64,000 nucleotides of DNA from Podarcis vaucheri. Its lineage: Eukaryota. Under the pieces are notes generated by a model, which was not told the DNA's origin, ran no database searches, and was given only the letters and a program-made list of their open reading frames with translations. The number at the start of each line of letters is the position of its first letter. The stretch's first letter is position 1. The DNA lies in NCBI GenBank assembly GCA_965113315.1, contig OZ220370.1, one strand, 5' to 3'. The position numbers and the translations under genes were made by a program. Of this stretch, positions 13,264 to 25,601 are shown piece by piece.

Positions 13264-13933
13264 TGTTGTAAATAAAAATATGCCCTTTTCCCTTATGGGG
13301 TATCCAAGAGCCCATATAGAGTCCTTACATAGGTTCCCTATTGGTAGGAGAAAATAACAGAGGCCAACCAGAGAATATTGAGAAGCAAAGCAGCTAGTAA
13401 GCTTGATCTTTATTAATCTGTTGCAACAGGGTGCTCCCCTCACACGCAGGAGAGGAAGAGGACCCCCAAAATTGCTGTGCAAGGGCTTATAAAGACTTTT
13501 GAAATTCCCATCCTCTAGATCAAGACCACCCCCAGAAACATTATGCATACATCACAGAAGGGGTGTAACCTAAGACCACCCCTCAGATACATCCCACCTA
13601 CATCACAGAAATTTAAATGTTGTTTTTCTCTTGTCCTTGTTTATCTCCTGTCTGGCAGGTTGCTTGATTGGATTTCCTGGGGAGCCTGGCCATTCTTTTG
13701 TAGTGGTAAAATATTTCCTGGGCCAGGTCACAGGCTCACACCTTATTCATATCTTTGAAACAAGATTTGTGAGGAAAGAGACAATGGGGAGGCTTTTCCA
13801 GTTTAACCTTGCAGAGAAAGGATTTGGTCAGTTTAGGAATCAAAATGGTTCCAGGTTGGACTTCCTGTGTTGATCTATGTATGTGCAGTTATGAACATTA
13901 CCATATATCTAAGACCATAAAATTCCTATCACA
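13264..13933 (-). mobile_element. Solo LTR (ERV-like, 670 bp), antisense to CYSTM1
   Basis: TG...CA termini and 4-bp TSD gcac (13260-13263, 13934-13937). On the minus strand a TATAA box (~13487-13491) is followed by AATAAA (13409-13414). Internal direct repeats (aagaccacccc...tacatcacagaa). Confidence 0.75.
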
Positions 13934-14979
13934 GCACATTGCCTTGCCTTGCCTTGCTTGGAAGGAGGAGCTTGGTGAGTAAAAAGGCTTAGTAATCTGA
14001 GTGTTCCTTCCCAAGAGCTTTCCCCTGTAGGTAAACACAGCAGATGTTCGGTGCCAGTCCTATAATTAGGCTGGCCCATAAAGTTGGGAAATAACTTATT
14101 TTTTATTTTATTCGGACAAATGGCTATTTCCTGTTTTAGGCAAGTCGCTGGTTTTGTTCCAAGAGCTTCTTTTCTTGCTACTTGCATTGGATAAACTGAT
14201 TCAGCTTCCCAGGTGCATCTAACTTTTCACAGTACAAGGGAACATTTCTAAAACTCAATTTTCTTAGGTTAATCATTAGCTAATCATCCAGTATGGGCAG
14301 AAACCAAATGTGTGTACCCAAGATAAAGGTCTCTGCAGTAAGACAAAGGTAATGCAGTTTTTTAAATAAAAAAACACACCCGTGAATATTGTTTACATTG
14401 TGTGGACTGGTACCTGGTATATGTCTCAACACCCAGAGATGATTAAGCATAGCGCTCTTTTCTCTGCAGCTGATTAGATAATGAACTTGCAAGGTGGTGG
14501 GAGTGGCAGTGGTTCGGATTCAGAAGTGTTTTTTCTGCCTTTAGGACTCCAGGTAGGAAGTTTTAAACTATATCCGCTGCCATAAGTGGCTCAGCGAGTT
14601 TCTAGGAAGAATCTGCTTTCTCGGTTTTAGAAAAGTAACTGATTCTAGAGTGGTAGTTCTGAGCTTTGGGCATGGCTACAAAGGGCTGCATGGCTTACAA
14701 ATTTCAGTTTTCAGGATTCTCACAGGTGGGGCGAGATCCTTCTGATAGGCAGAGGTGAGTGCCTTCCACTTTCATGGAGGTTAGTGTTCTTGCCTTGGGC
14801 CTCGTCCAAAACGTGAACAAATACGTTACTTTTATAATTAAAAATATTCATGAGTATTTCTTGACTGCCTCATCCTGAATTCTCTAGATAATATACAATC
14901 TCAATAAAACAAAGTTTAAAACATAACCATAATGTTATCAAAATCCATATTAAATCCAAAGTAGCACAGAAGAAATATT

Positions 14980-15156
14980 CTGAATCTCAGAAGCCAGAAC
15001 AGCAAGAGGGATCGCTGCGCAGTGAAAGCAGCAATCCCTCTTGCTTTCTGGCTTCTGTGATAGCTGTGCAGCCTGCATTCGCTCCATAAGACGCACACAC
15101 ATTTCCCCTTACTTTTTAGGAGGGAAAAAGTGAGTCTTATAGAGCAAAAAATACGG
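14980..15156. mobile_element. Right end of a pogo/Tc1-type non-autonomous element with an internal hairpin
   Basis: Ends ...gtcttatagagcaaaaaatacgg|TA like the elements at 32487 and 47073, with subterminal ccataagacgca. 70-nt hairpin at 14988-15057. Left TIR not found. Confidence 0.75.
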
Positions 15157-15921
15157 TATTTTGGGAGTGGGGGCTTAAGGGGCTTTCACCACGTTCCCTA
15201 GGAAAGTCATCCGTACAGAGAAAGGCACATAGCAGTGTTATAGGTGGGCAATATGCTGGTGAGATATAAAAAGGTAAGCTGTAATAATCCTATTCCGTAG
15301 CCTGAAACCCTGGCCCTGTGATGGAGTAGGGAGTCTGGCTGCAAAGGTTAGGGGCATACTGTAAGGGAGGGAAAGCCTATACAGTCCAAGAAAATTCTGG
15401 AGGAGTTACACTTTTCAGAATTGGAATTCTCAAAACAGCTAGCATGTTTTCAAAGCTAAGCAGAGTCTGCTATGGTTTCAAATTGGATGGGGGACTATGT
15501 GTTGAGATTCTTGCATTGCAAGGAGTTGAACTAGATGACCCTTGTGAAACCTTCCAACTCTGCAATTAAATGATTCCATTAAAACCCTTGTTGATTGACA
15601 CAGAACAATGAAAATACCTCCTTGCTGAGTCCTCTTTCTGGCTAGTGGCCCATCTGCCTGCATGGGACCGGGAGGGATCCAGAGCCCAGGTACCCTGACA
15701 TGACCCAGATTTGATTTCTTGAGAGGCCTTGGCTGAGTTGCCACCTTGCTTCCTTCTCTTAACAGCCAGTCAAAAGGCATAAAGTGAAGTTCTATTGCTT
15801 TCAGCTACCCTGTGACTTTGTCAGCCTCCCAAAATGATCTTTGCCTCGGTTACCTCTGCCTGCCAACCTACCCCTTCTCTTTCCAGGGTCTGTTTCCCTG
15901 TAGCCCAGATTAAGCAGTCTT

Positions 15922-16150
15922 GAGGGCCTTTTCGGTAGTGGCGCCCGCCCTGTGGAACGCCCTCCCATCAGATGTCAAAATGATAAACAACTACCTGACA
16001 TTCAGAAGACATCTTAAGGCAGCCCTGTTCAGGGAAGTTTTTAATGTATGATATTTTAGTGTTTTTTGGTTTCTATAGAAGCCGCCCAGAGTGGCTGGGG
16101 AAACCCAGCCAGATGGGCGGGGTACAAATAAATTATTATTATTGTTGTTG

Positions 16151-16199
<49 letters not shown>

Positions 16200-16213
16200 T
16201 ACTATTATTATTA
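15922..16213 (+). mobile_element. L2-clade LINE 3' end with (TAT)n/(TGT)n tail
   Basis: gagggccttttcggtagtggcgcccgccctgtggaacgccctccc...ccagatgggcggggtacaaataaa followed by a long (TAT)n tail. Shared with the copies at 34347, 34783 and 53029. Confidence 0.88.
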
Positions 16214-17932
16214 AAGATTACAACTGCCTGGCCCAATAGGTGGGGTGTTGTGTTGAAAGATCTTTAGCCTATTCCATAGTTTAAAAGGGGGTGGAGAGCA
16301 GGTAGAGGCTTGACCCTGGGCAAGAACCTTTGCAGATGGACCAGAGGGACAATGCGGATGGTGGCAGTTGGAGAATATGGTTGGAACGATCTATGCAATA
16401 TATATTTTTGACCTATGCAAAGCAGCAGCTCTCCTTCTCCAAATGTCCTCAAGTTGTTTTGGAGCATGCAAGCGGAGCTCTTGTTACAGTGGCTGTTGGC
16501 ACAGGATCACGTTTCGCTTGCCTCCAGCTTCAGGGGCTGAGCCACACACACGGCCTTTTTATTTCAGGGGTGCAGCAAGTGTAAAGTTTTTGACAGGGCT
16601 TTGGAGCAGAATTAGCTGCAGGCCTTGCAAGTTTTATCAGCAACTTTTGGCCAGTCTTGCTCTTGTGCATTTTAACAACTTATTAGTTCACTTGTTGGCT
16701 TCTGCTACTATTTTAATATATTGGTGTGGTGAGATGGTTTGGAACAGGTGTGTCATGGTCACACATTTTAACTCTGGATGTTTATATTAGTGCAATTGGT
16801 GCAATTGTTTTAGAGCCCATGTTAGTAATGAGTATTTGTGTTTCTATTTGCAATCGTTTTTATGCTTGTAAACAGCTTAGAATCCACTTTGGCAATTAAA
16901 CAGTATATAAACTGATAACAATTGGGAAGGGCGGAGAAGAAGGCACCTGAATAAGTGATTTAGGTGGGGGGAGAGGTCAAAATGGGGCAAGGGCAGGTGT
17001 TGAGCTACCAGGTGAAGGAAAGGGCAGATCAGACACTTGATGCCTGTTCTGTCTTCTGGACTTGCCCTCAGCCACAGTATCCCTGAGTTCTACCAGCTTC
17101 TAAGGTCAGCTGGTGGTGCGATTAAATGCCAGGTCATTCCATAATGAGATCTTGCTCGCACATACTTTAATCCAAGACCACCCCATCCCACCAGGTGTAA
17201 CCAGCTTGCGTTACTGAGACCTGGGCACGTCGGCTGGGACATGTGGGTCGCTCTTTCTGGCTCAGCAAAAGCAAAGGGCCAAGGGGTGCTGGTGGTCATC
17301 CAGAGGGAGCCCATCTTTGCTCTCCAGCATCCCTTGTCTACTTTGGCACCTGCCTACCTTGTGATGGATACTTATGGCGGATCGTGGGTTCCGATGGTGA
17401 ACTTTCCTCCCCTGCTACTGAGCGGGTTTCCTCCCTTACCTGACTGGGATAGTCCCAGAATTTATGTTGAGGATTTTAGTAGTAAAGGCTCTGGGAGGCC
17501 TCAGCATTCCTGTCTCAACCGGAGGGTATCAATACTTCATAGTTGTCATGGCAACTGTAGGTGCTCAACATTGTCTTGAAACCATTGGAGTGAGGAGGTC
17601 CAAAGATTTGAGCTATGAGAGTCAGGATGCCAGTGACACCCAGGTTTATCTCTAGTGAGTGGGGGGTCGGCAAGGTAAGAATAAGGAGAAGGAATGCATA
17701 GAAGGGAGAAACGGCTCGGGGGGGCAGCCTCTCAAAATGATTTTTTGTGGGTCTTCCATTTTTGTTTCATATTTAAGATGCAATTTCTTAAATGTTCACT
17801 CAGATTAAGAAAATCTGTTCCCTCTCAGGAACCTCTAACCGATGGTGACTGCATGTTTCTCCAGCCCCACCTCATCTTGTGGGGCAAATAGCGAGTTTGG
17901 GAGTGCTGACGTGCACCCTGAGGAATTTTGAA

Positions 17933-18142
17933 GTACCTCGGGTTACAGACGCTTCAGGTTACAGACTCCACTAACTCAGAAATATTACCTCGGGTTAAGA
18001 ACTTTGCTTCAGGATGAGAACAGAAATTGCGTGGGGGCAGCGGGAGGCCCCATTATCTAAAGTGGTGCTTCAGGTTAAGAACAGTTTCAGGTTAAGAACG
18101 GACCTCCGGAACGAATTAAGTACTTAACCCGAGGTACCACTG
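17933..18142. mobile_element. Tc1/mariner-type MITE, family B (left TIR clipped)
   Basis: Right end ...aacccgaggtaccactg|TA, internal caggttaagaac repeats. Full copy at 50476-50717. Confidence 0.85.
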
Positions 18143-20591
18143 TAAACAAAAAAGTCTGGAAATCTTGAGTTCCCACCGCCTTCTGTCACTCGGCCCACAT
18201 GCTTTGGTTGCCATCATGGCCAGTGGCTGCAGATGAACGGGAGTTTTGCACAGCAGCCTTGAGGGGGCCCAAGGCTCTCCCCCTCCCCCAGTAACCCCTG
18301 GGCTCCTGGAATCCTTTCAGATTTTCTGCCTGCTTTACAAGAGTGAAACATTTGTTTGCATCTGGTTCCACGTCACTTAAAGGGGCAGCTTGCATAGTCT
18401 CTGAGCCCAGAGTGACACCCTTTTGACAGAGCACTTGGGGCGAGAGAGAAGAGAGCAGGAGCTCCCCTTTGTCCCCAGTGTGTGATCTTGCAAAACGCTC
18501 CCATTGGAAACAGAGCCGGCTATCAGCTTGTGTTCTGCAATGAAGTTTTACTGCCTGTTGTATCTAGGAATCCTTCAGCCTCCCGGCCTCAGATCAAAGA
18601 TCTCTCTAAGCTGTTATTGTCTTTGTGCAATGTTTGAATCTCCTGACTGCCTTCCCACCCCCTGCTGACTTTACAAAGATCAAAATGCTGTAGACCCACC
18701 CAACATACTTTTTTCCAATCCGGAATGCTCCCTTACTTACTTCTAAATGGAGTTGCATCTAATTGTGGAACTAGTTAGTCACACTTTGAGGCTATTTTTA
18801 TCTTCTTTCTCCCCTAAGAGCCAAGAGGCGGCCAGAGTGTCCAGGATGCCTGTTCTTCCTCTGGTCAGAGAGGCACTTAAATGAGCTCCAGCCCAAGTGC
18901 TGCCCTAGAATTGCAATTTTTATTTCCCACCCTCTTTTCTTTGCCCAAGTGCAAGCGCTGAGAAGCCCAGGACTGTGCGTCTTCCCCGCATTCGTGCTTC
19001 TCCCCACATTCATAGCTGCCCCCAGTCTCCTCATTCAGCTTGTGTGTTGTCACACACACACCATAGTGAGCAGTTGTGCCATATGGGGTGGGGATTTTAC
19101 CATAGGAAGTTGGAAAGGGATGGCCCCCTTCATTTTTAGGGAGAAAACAGCTGTTCCGTAAATGTATTTCCATATCTCAAAGCTTCCTTCTGCTGGCAGT
19201 TTTTCCAAATTCAGTTGTTCCAAATTGGAGATTATTTTATTTAATAAATATTAATGTCCCACAATGTCCAGGGCAGCTTCCAAAATTGTTTGAAGTGTGC
19301 AAAACCACTCCGGGGACAATTATGAGGCCCTTTTTGCTGTGTCGAGTGAATGAGGTGGTAACAAGGCTTTCAAGTTTTACCTTTGTTAAGGGATTAGCCT
19401 TCAAATTTATTAAGATAAGAGGAAGCCAAGCAGTCACTGAGAATGTTTGCTCAGTTACCTTATCTATGCTAATCAATTGGCGCAAGCCAAGAGCCCAGTT
19501 TAAAATCAAGGCTGAGGGGATGGAGTTTGGTTGTCTTTGCAGCCCTTGCAGTTCCTGAGAGACCTTATGAAAGCTTTTCTTCAATTCCAGCTGTGAGGAA
19601 CTAAATAGCAAAGATGGTCAAAGCAGGAGGGTCCAGCAGGATGGGTCTGTGGGCTGCAGTATTCAAGAAGCAGCATTTTAAAGCCTTAAAAAAAATATGT
19701 TTGTGTCCTATGTTGTTAAAAAACACACGAACATTTGTTTGTGTATTAAATTTGTTTAATAATTGACTATATTAAATCTATTAATTGTGCATTTAATCAT
19801 ATATATTTAATTAAATATATTGATTGTGGATATTAAATAATAATAAACATATTGCGAACACTTTTAATTTACGATATGGAAATTCCATCCAGCTGGTTAA
19901 ATGGTATTTCTTTGCGAGATGATTTGCATTTCTAATGTGGAACTCCTCAGCTAAGATTGTCAAAGCTTGCTGAAAAAGAGGCATTTTACCTAGTTGTGGG
20001 TGGTGGGGGCCGCCAAGTCTCCCTTGACTTAGAGTTTGATAGTCTGAGTGTGGCCACAGATAAAGTCCTGTCCCAGAGACTTCCTTGCAGGTCCCAATGA
20101 ACTGGCAAACTCAGTTGGGGGTAGCAGAGCTGTAGCTACGGGGGGAATAGCCAGTTTTTTTGTCCCGGGTGAAGCTTCCAGTGGGGCACCATGGAGGCTC
20201 CCAGCCTGTGTGGGCCTGTGCAAATGCATGGGGGGGGGGTGCCAAACTGGGTTTTGAACCCGGGTGAAATAAAGCCTGGTAGACAAGGAGCTGCACCCAT
20301 GCAGGCCTCAAACCCCTGTGCCCGCCCCTGTGCCATTGGGCTTCTGGCAGGAGGGAGGGGGGAGAGGCATGTTGCGATGGACTGGGGGAAGCTTTGAATC
20401 TCGTCCTCTTGTTCCATGACACTCCCTCAGGTTGGGGGCACAGAGCACACCAGTCTATGTGGAAGATGCGGCCCCATACCTCCTGCCCAGTTGGCACCAG
20501 CCTGGCTGCGTGCTGTGCAGCGTAGCTTGAGTTCTCCCTCCCCTGTCCCTTTGCCTTTCCTTGCCCAATGTAGTTCTGAAAGGCCTAGGAG

Positions 20592-21220
20592 CAGGGGGTG
20601 GCAAACTTTTTCATCAGGGGGCCGGTGCACTGTCCCTCAGACCTTGTGGGGGGCCGGATTATATTTTGAAAAATATAAATACCCTGCAAGCCATTCCCGC
20701 AGCTGCCTCCGGACCTGGAGGAGGAACGCACTTTGCACGCGCTCAGGAGCATGTCTCGGCACCGCCGTTGTTGTTGACGAGCAACAGCCGCTCCATCGTC
20801 CGAGGCCAGGTTGGCAGGCAGGCCACGCACGTGGAGTGCCGGGCAGGTGGTGGGCAACTCACCCTCCAGCACCAAGCCAGACGCAGGGCCACTAGGCATG
20901 CCAAGCTCCGGCTGAAGACCCACGATGCCCATGGCGCGGACCAGGCCCGCCCGCCCATCTCTCTGTCCATTGCCGCGCCAGATTTACCTCAGTGTGCGGG
21001 CAGCGAGGCTTCAGATTGGCTGCAGGAGCTTCCTGCAGGCAATCCGAAGCCACGCCAGCGCCAGCGCCCTCCCAGAAGCCGTGCCAACATCGTGGAAGTC
21101 AGTGTGGCGAGGCGTCCACAGCGTGCGGGGACTGACCGAGCAGGCAGCAGGGTCCGCGGGTTGGATTTACAAGCCAGGGGGGGCACATCCAGCCCCCAGG
21201 CTTTAGTTTGCCGACCCCTG
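20592..21220. mobile_element. hAT (Charlie-like) non-autonomous element, long CpG-rich variant
   Basis: TIRs cagggggtggcaaact / agtttgccgacccctg, flanked by the direct repeat gcctaggag (20583-20591, 21221-21229). Ends are shared with the ~250-bp copies at 34894 and 59929. Confidence 0.85.
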
Positions 21221-21359
21221 GCCTAGGAGGGTAAAAAGTACTTTGCTCTTCCCCTGGCACCCAAAGGATATTAAACATAGCTGCTGGGTGAGCTTTCTGT
21301 GATCTAGGAGCTGTCTTTGGAAAGACCCTCTCTGCCCAGGGGACCTGAAGGAGGGTATA

Positions 21360-21723
21360 AAGGTAAAGGTAAAGGTACCCCCGCCCGAACGGGCCAGTCT
21401 TGACAGACTATGGGGTTTGTGCGCCCATCTCACTCTATAGGCCAGGGGCCAGCGCTGTCCGGAGACACTTCCGGGTCACGTGGCCAGCGTGACAAAGCTG
21501 CATCTGGCGAGCCAGCGCAGCACACAGAACGCCGTTTACCTTCCCGCTGGTAAGCGGTACCTATTTATCTACTTGCACCTGGGGGTGCTTTCGAACTGTT
21601 AGGTTGGCAGGCGCTGGGACCGAGCAGCGGGAGCGCACCCCGCCGCGGGGATTCGAACCGCCGACCTTACGATCGGCAAGCCCTAGGCGCTGAGGCTTTT
21701 ACCCACAGCGCCACCCGCGTCCC
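21360..21723 (-). mobile_element. Full-length Sauria SINE (CpG-rich, young; different subfamily from the 12562 copy)
   Basis: Minus strand begins GGGACGCGGGTGGCGCTGTGGG, has B-box GGTTCGAATCC, and ends in (ACCTTT)n. TSD cctgaaggagggtata (21344-21359) recurs at 21722-21737. Confidence 0.95.
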
Positions 21724-22472
21724 TGAAGGGGGGTATACGCTACATTATAGCGTATACTTCAGGGGTATACCCTGAAGGAGGGTATACGCTACATTAAATC
21801 CTTCAGATAACTGGTCCCAAGTTTAAAGACGTTGCACATCTTTAAAGATGTTGTGAAATAGCTTCCATTCACAGATGGGGAGAGAGAAGGGGGCTGAATA
21901 TTCTTTCGCACACCCAAGGAGGACTATGAGGCATTCCTACAGTAACACTGAGGTGTCAGTGGCCGTGTGGGCAAGAAGCAATGGGGGTGTCGAGAATGGA
22001 GCCATTGTCGGGTCGGCTGATGCTGGAGCCTAGCAAAACAGTGTGTTCTCTGTGTGCAGACAAACATAAACGGCATTCGCTAGACTCTCCTCATCCATTC
22101 AGGCTAGCAACACAAAGCAAGGTCCAGATAGATTTCAAGACAAACCTGTTTGGTTAGTTTCAGCCTGCCCTGATCGAGATTGCCTTCCTCCAGGCATTTG
22201 CCAAATCCAAGAAGGCCCCACAAGGACAAAGGCAGAAATGTTTTTTGGGAAATGATCCTTAGCGCAAAAGGGTGATCAACACAGAGTAAAAAATCTAAGT
22301 GCAGGTAGTTTTATGTTAAATTGTTTATTATTTGTATTATTGGAACTGTTTTTAAGAATACCCAGGTGCCTATCAGTTATTCCAGCACCTTTTGCTTTCA
22401 TTGGTTAGAATTCTGGAATGCAAGAGAAGGGTTACTTTCTGCTATTTAATTGGGTAGAGTTCCACCTTTCTA

Positions 22473-22820
22473 GGGATGTGGGTGGTGCTGTGGTCTAAAT
22501 CACAGAGCCTTGGGCTTGCCGATCAGAAGGTTGGTGGTTTGAATCCCCGCGACGGGGTGAGCTCCCATTATTCGGTCCCTGCTCCTGCCCACCTAGCAGT
22601 TCAAGAGCACATCAAAGTGCAAGTAAATAAATAGGTATCACTCCGGTGGGAAGGTAAACCGTGTTTCCTTGCGCTGCTCTGGTTCACCAGAAGCGGCTTA
22701 GTCATGTTGGCCACATGACCCAGAAGCTGTCTGTGGACAAACAGCCTATAGAGTGAGATGAGTACTCAACCCCAGAGTTGTCCGCGACTGGACCTAATGG
22801 TCAGGGGTACCTTTACCCTT
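22473..22820 (+). mobile_element. Sauria SINE
   Basis: gggatgtgggtggtgctgtggtctaaa...ggtttgaatccc...ggggtacctttaccctt. Homologous to the 12562 and 21360 copies in opposite orientation. Confidence 0.93.
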
Positions 22821-23111
22821 CTACATTAGTAAAGGAGTGAGATGCTTAATTTTCTTTAAATGTGCAAGATGAACATTCAAGAACCTTCCAGGCTTCTCTG
22901 TGTATATATCTCTCTCCACGTTACCTGCAAACAGCATGGCAAATTCATGTTGGGCAAAACTGAGCCCCACGACCCTCTGAGTATCATTAGCCATGGGAGA
23001 ACAGTTGTGTAAATAAAGTCTTGAGTTGGCCACAGGCCTCTTCTTGCATTGTGGGTGATGTGTCACAACTGGGTGCAGCTCCTCTGACGTGTGTTTTTCC
23101 CTTCTTCCTAG

Positions 23112-23218
23112 TGTATGTTGTGGAAGAGCAGCGAAGGGATAACTCTGCCGAAAGTACCTGCCTGACAGCGTGTTGGACTGCGCTGTGCTGCTGCTGCCTT
23201 TGGGACATGCTGACCTGA
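23112..23218 (+). CDS. CYSTM1: CYSTM1 last coding exon (CYSTM cysteine-rich membrane module)
   Basis: Pyrimidine tract with AG at 23110-23111. Encodes (V)YVVEEQRRDNSAESTCLTACWTALCCCCLWDMLT*. Joined CDS is 235+107 = 342 nt, i.e. 113 aa plus stop. Confidence 0.97.
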
Positions 23219-23268
23219 GTGCCCTGAGAAGCCCAAGCCTCAGTACCTCTGACTTGGAGTGCTATGCA

Positions 23269-23350
23269 TTCTTCTTCTTCTTCTTCTTCTTCTCCTTCTC
23301 CTCCTCCTCCTCCTTCTCTTCCTCCTCCTCCTCCCCCCTCCTCTCCCTCT
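23269..23350 (+). repeat. (TTC)n/(TCC)n pure pyrimidine microsatellite in the CYSTM1 3'UTR
   Basis: About 82 nt with no purine, starting ~50 nt after the stop codon. Confidence 0.95.
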
Positions 23351-23695
23351 GATCTTCTCAACTGCTTTTTTAGTACTGTAATGAAAAATCTGCTTTGCAC
23401 AGGCGACAGAAACACCTGTCTGCCTTAGAGATAGCACCGTGATGTTGGTTATGCACTTTTTAGTTTTAGTGGAGGAAAACCTCCCTTCCCCCCACGTCTT
23501 TATAGCATTGTTTCTACAACTTTGTGGTTCTTTAAAGAATGTGCTAAATATTTTTTTTGGCAAAAAGGCTTTTACTACAAATTATGTATTTATAATTTTT
23601 ACCATTCTTAGAAATGGAATAATATGCAATAATTTAAGCCAATCATTGTTTGTTTTTCTTACTTGCTTTCATTTCTGGTTTAACAAATTGGACTC

Positions 23696-23701
23696 AATAA
23701 A
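23696..23701 (+). terminator. Probable CYSTM1 polyadenylation signal AATAAA
   Basis: AATAAA ~480 nt after the stop, at the end of an AU-rich UTR, followed by a GU/U-rich downstream element (gtttttgttattgtgtgtgtg). Confidence 0.75.
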
Positions 23702-25601
23702 GATTTGGGTCCAGTAATATGAAGAGTATCGGTCAGTTTTTGTTATTGTGTGTGTGTTTAGAGGGCATCCAAAGATAGAAATGCCCAATAGCTGCCTGTT
23801 TGTTCCCCAAAAGCTCTTTTGGAAGCTAGCCTCTGCTTAAGCTGCTTCAGATGTATTTAACTGAATAGCAGGGCTACATACTGTGAAGAACTTAGTACCC
23901 TTTTCCTACCTTAAGCTTGCTGGAAAAATATTTGAAAAGCTTGTGCTGAATCTACCAAAAGCTCAAGGAAGATTCCCTTCCTTTCTCCCAGTTTAAACTT
24001 CCTTGCCAAATACATTCTCAAGTCCAGCGGACCTTAAATGTTTTTGCTGTCAAGCTGCAATCTTGCAGATTCATTTTTCTAAGCCCACAAAAATTACTAG
24101 CCTGCAGAAAATGTTCCGAAGCCTGCTGTGGGCTAGAGGAGAGGGTGTCTTTCCCATGGCAGCTGGCTTACCTTCTGTGCCAAGCAAAGCCCAACGTCCT
24201 CACCAGCATGCAGTTCCTCGTCACGGCTATCAAGCAAGGACTTAAAGACAAGGTTGAGCTAAAGTGTGCCACCAGAATATATTATGCCTGCATGTAATAT
24301 GTATTTGAAATAATCAGGGGTGGGGGTTGCTCAGCAATTTGGCATTGAAAGACTGCCTTTGAAATACATGGATACCTGAGAGTGGGCATTTTTCAAAACC
24401 TCATTTGGCAGGTAATGGAGCATCTAAATTAATTTAGCCTAGTAAGAAGAAAAAAATGAACTATGAACTAGATTGTGGTGGCTTTGTCATACTGCTCAAT
24501 ATGTTCTCAGATGTTTCCCAGGAATCTTTCAACTGCTACAGATGATGTTAGGAAAAGTGGCTGTAGCGTGGCCTAATCTTTTTACGCAAGGAGCAGGAAT
24601 TAGAAACAGACTACTCACTATTGTAAATTCTTGGAATCACATCGCAGCCAGTTTTATCTGCTTCATGCTTATACTCATGTTAAGCTGCTTTGTGGATCAT
24701 AATATTAGCATGGAACAGGTGGAATATAAATATTTAAAGCACCATAAATCTGTCGGACTTTCTGCTGAGAAGAGCAGCTAGAGGACAGTTGGGCAATGAA
24801 GTTACAGTAAGGTCCGTGGCTATTGGGCAGACATTACTTTAGTCCTCGCCCAGGTGTGTGTGTGCCTTGCTTACCTGCTCCACCTGTGCCTTGTGTCAAA
24901 TAGGCCACTGCAAAGGAAACCTTCAATATATTGTTTTCCAAAAGAAAACAAGGCTGCACAGAGTCCCTCAAACTTACCAAAGGAAGAAATAAACACATGG
25001 TGCCAACCTACAGCTCCCTCTTGGTTCTAGACAGATGGTTTTTTTTAAAAAAAATACATTTAAATTATATTAAATTAAATTTTAATACAAGCTTGGTTTT
25101 CAGAAGCACAAATGTTTTCTTTACCCTTCCAGGAAGCAAACTAAAAATATCTGAGCAGTTTTGCAGTCTCTCAGTCAATATTTCAGAAGGTATAGATGTT
25201 GGCTGGACAGCTAGAGAATGAGGAGCTAAGGAGAGTTTTAAGTACTAACTAGCCAACAGAGATGCAACAAAAGTGCTGCTAACAGATAGCTGCCGCCAGA
25301 GGGAGCTAGCAATCTCTGAGATGGCAATCCAACACCAGCTGGTATCAGAAGCAAGCAAAAACTCCCATGGCGCCATTGCCAGGGATTCAGCAGGCTCTCC
25401 ATTCGTTCTCCCGCTCCGCCCCAATCATGAACAGGAGCACAACACTTCAGCTTTTACTAGCCTCTTTTGAAATGAAAATTCATCAGAAGCATTGTGCTGC
25501 ATTTGATCTCGGAAAGAGGAACAAGGATAGGATTTTTTTAAAAAAAAAAAATTACACAAGTGTTCCCAGAACCTGTTTGGAGAACCAAGAAGGGTTGACA
25601 A

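Noticed and set aside
20416-21226. 221-aa and 159-aa ORFs
   Set aside because: They coincide with the GC-rich MITE interior, are open on both strands, and lack transposase motifs.
21640-21723. tRNA-like A/B boxes (also at 22473 and 43500)
   Set aside because: These are SINE heads continuing into SINE bodies, with no complete cloverleaf.
22987-23563. Minus-strand poly-Glu/poly-Arg ORFs
   Set aside because: Antisense translation of the 3'UTR (TTC/TCC)n microsatellite.
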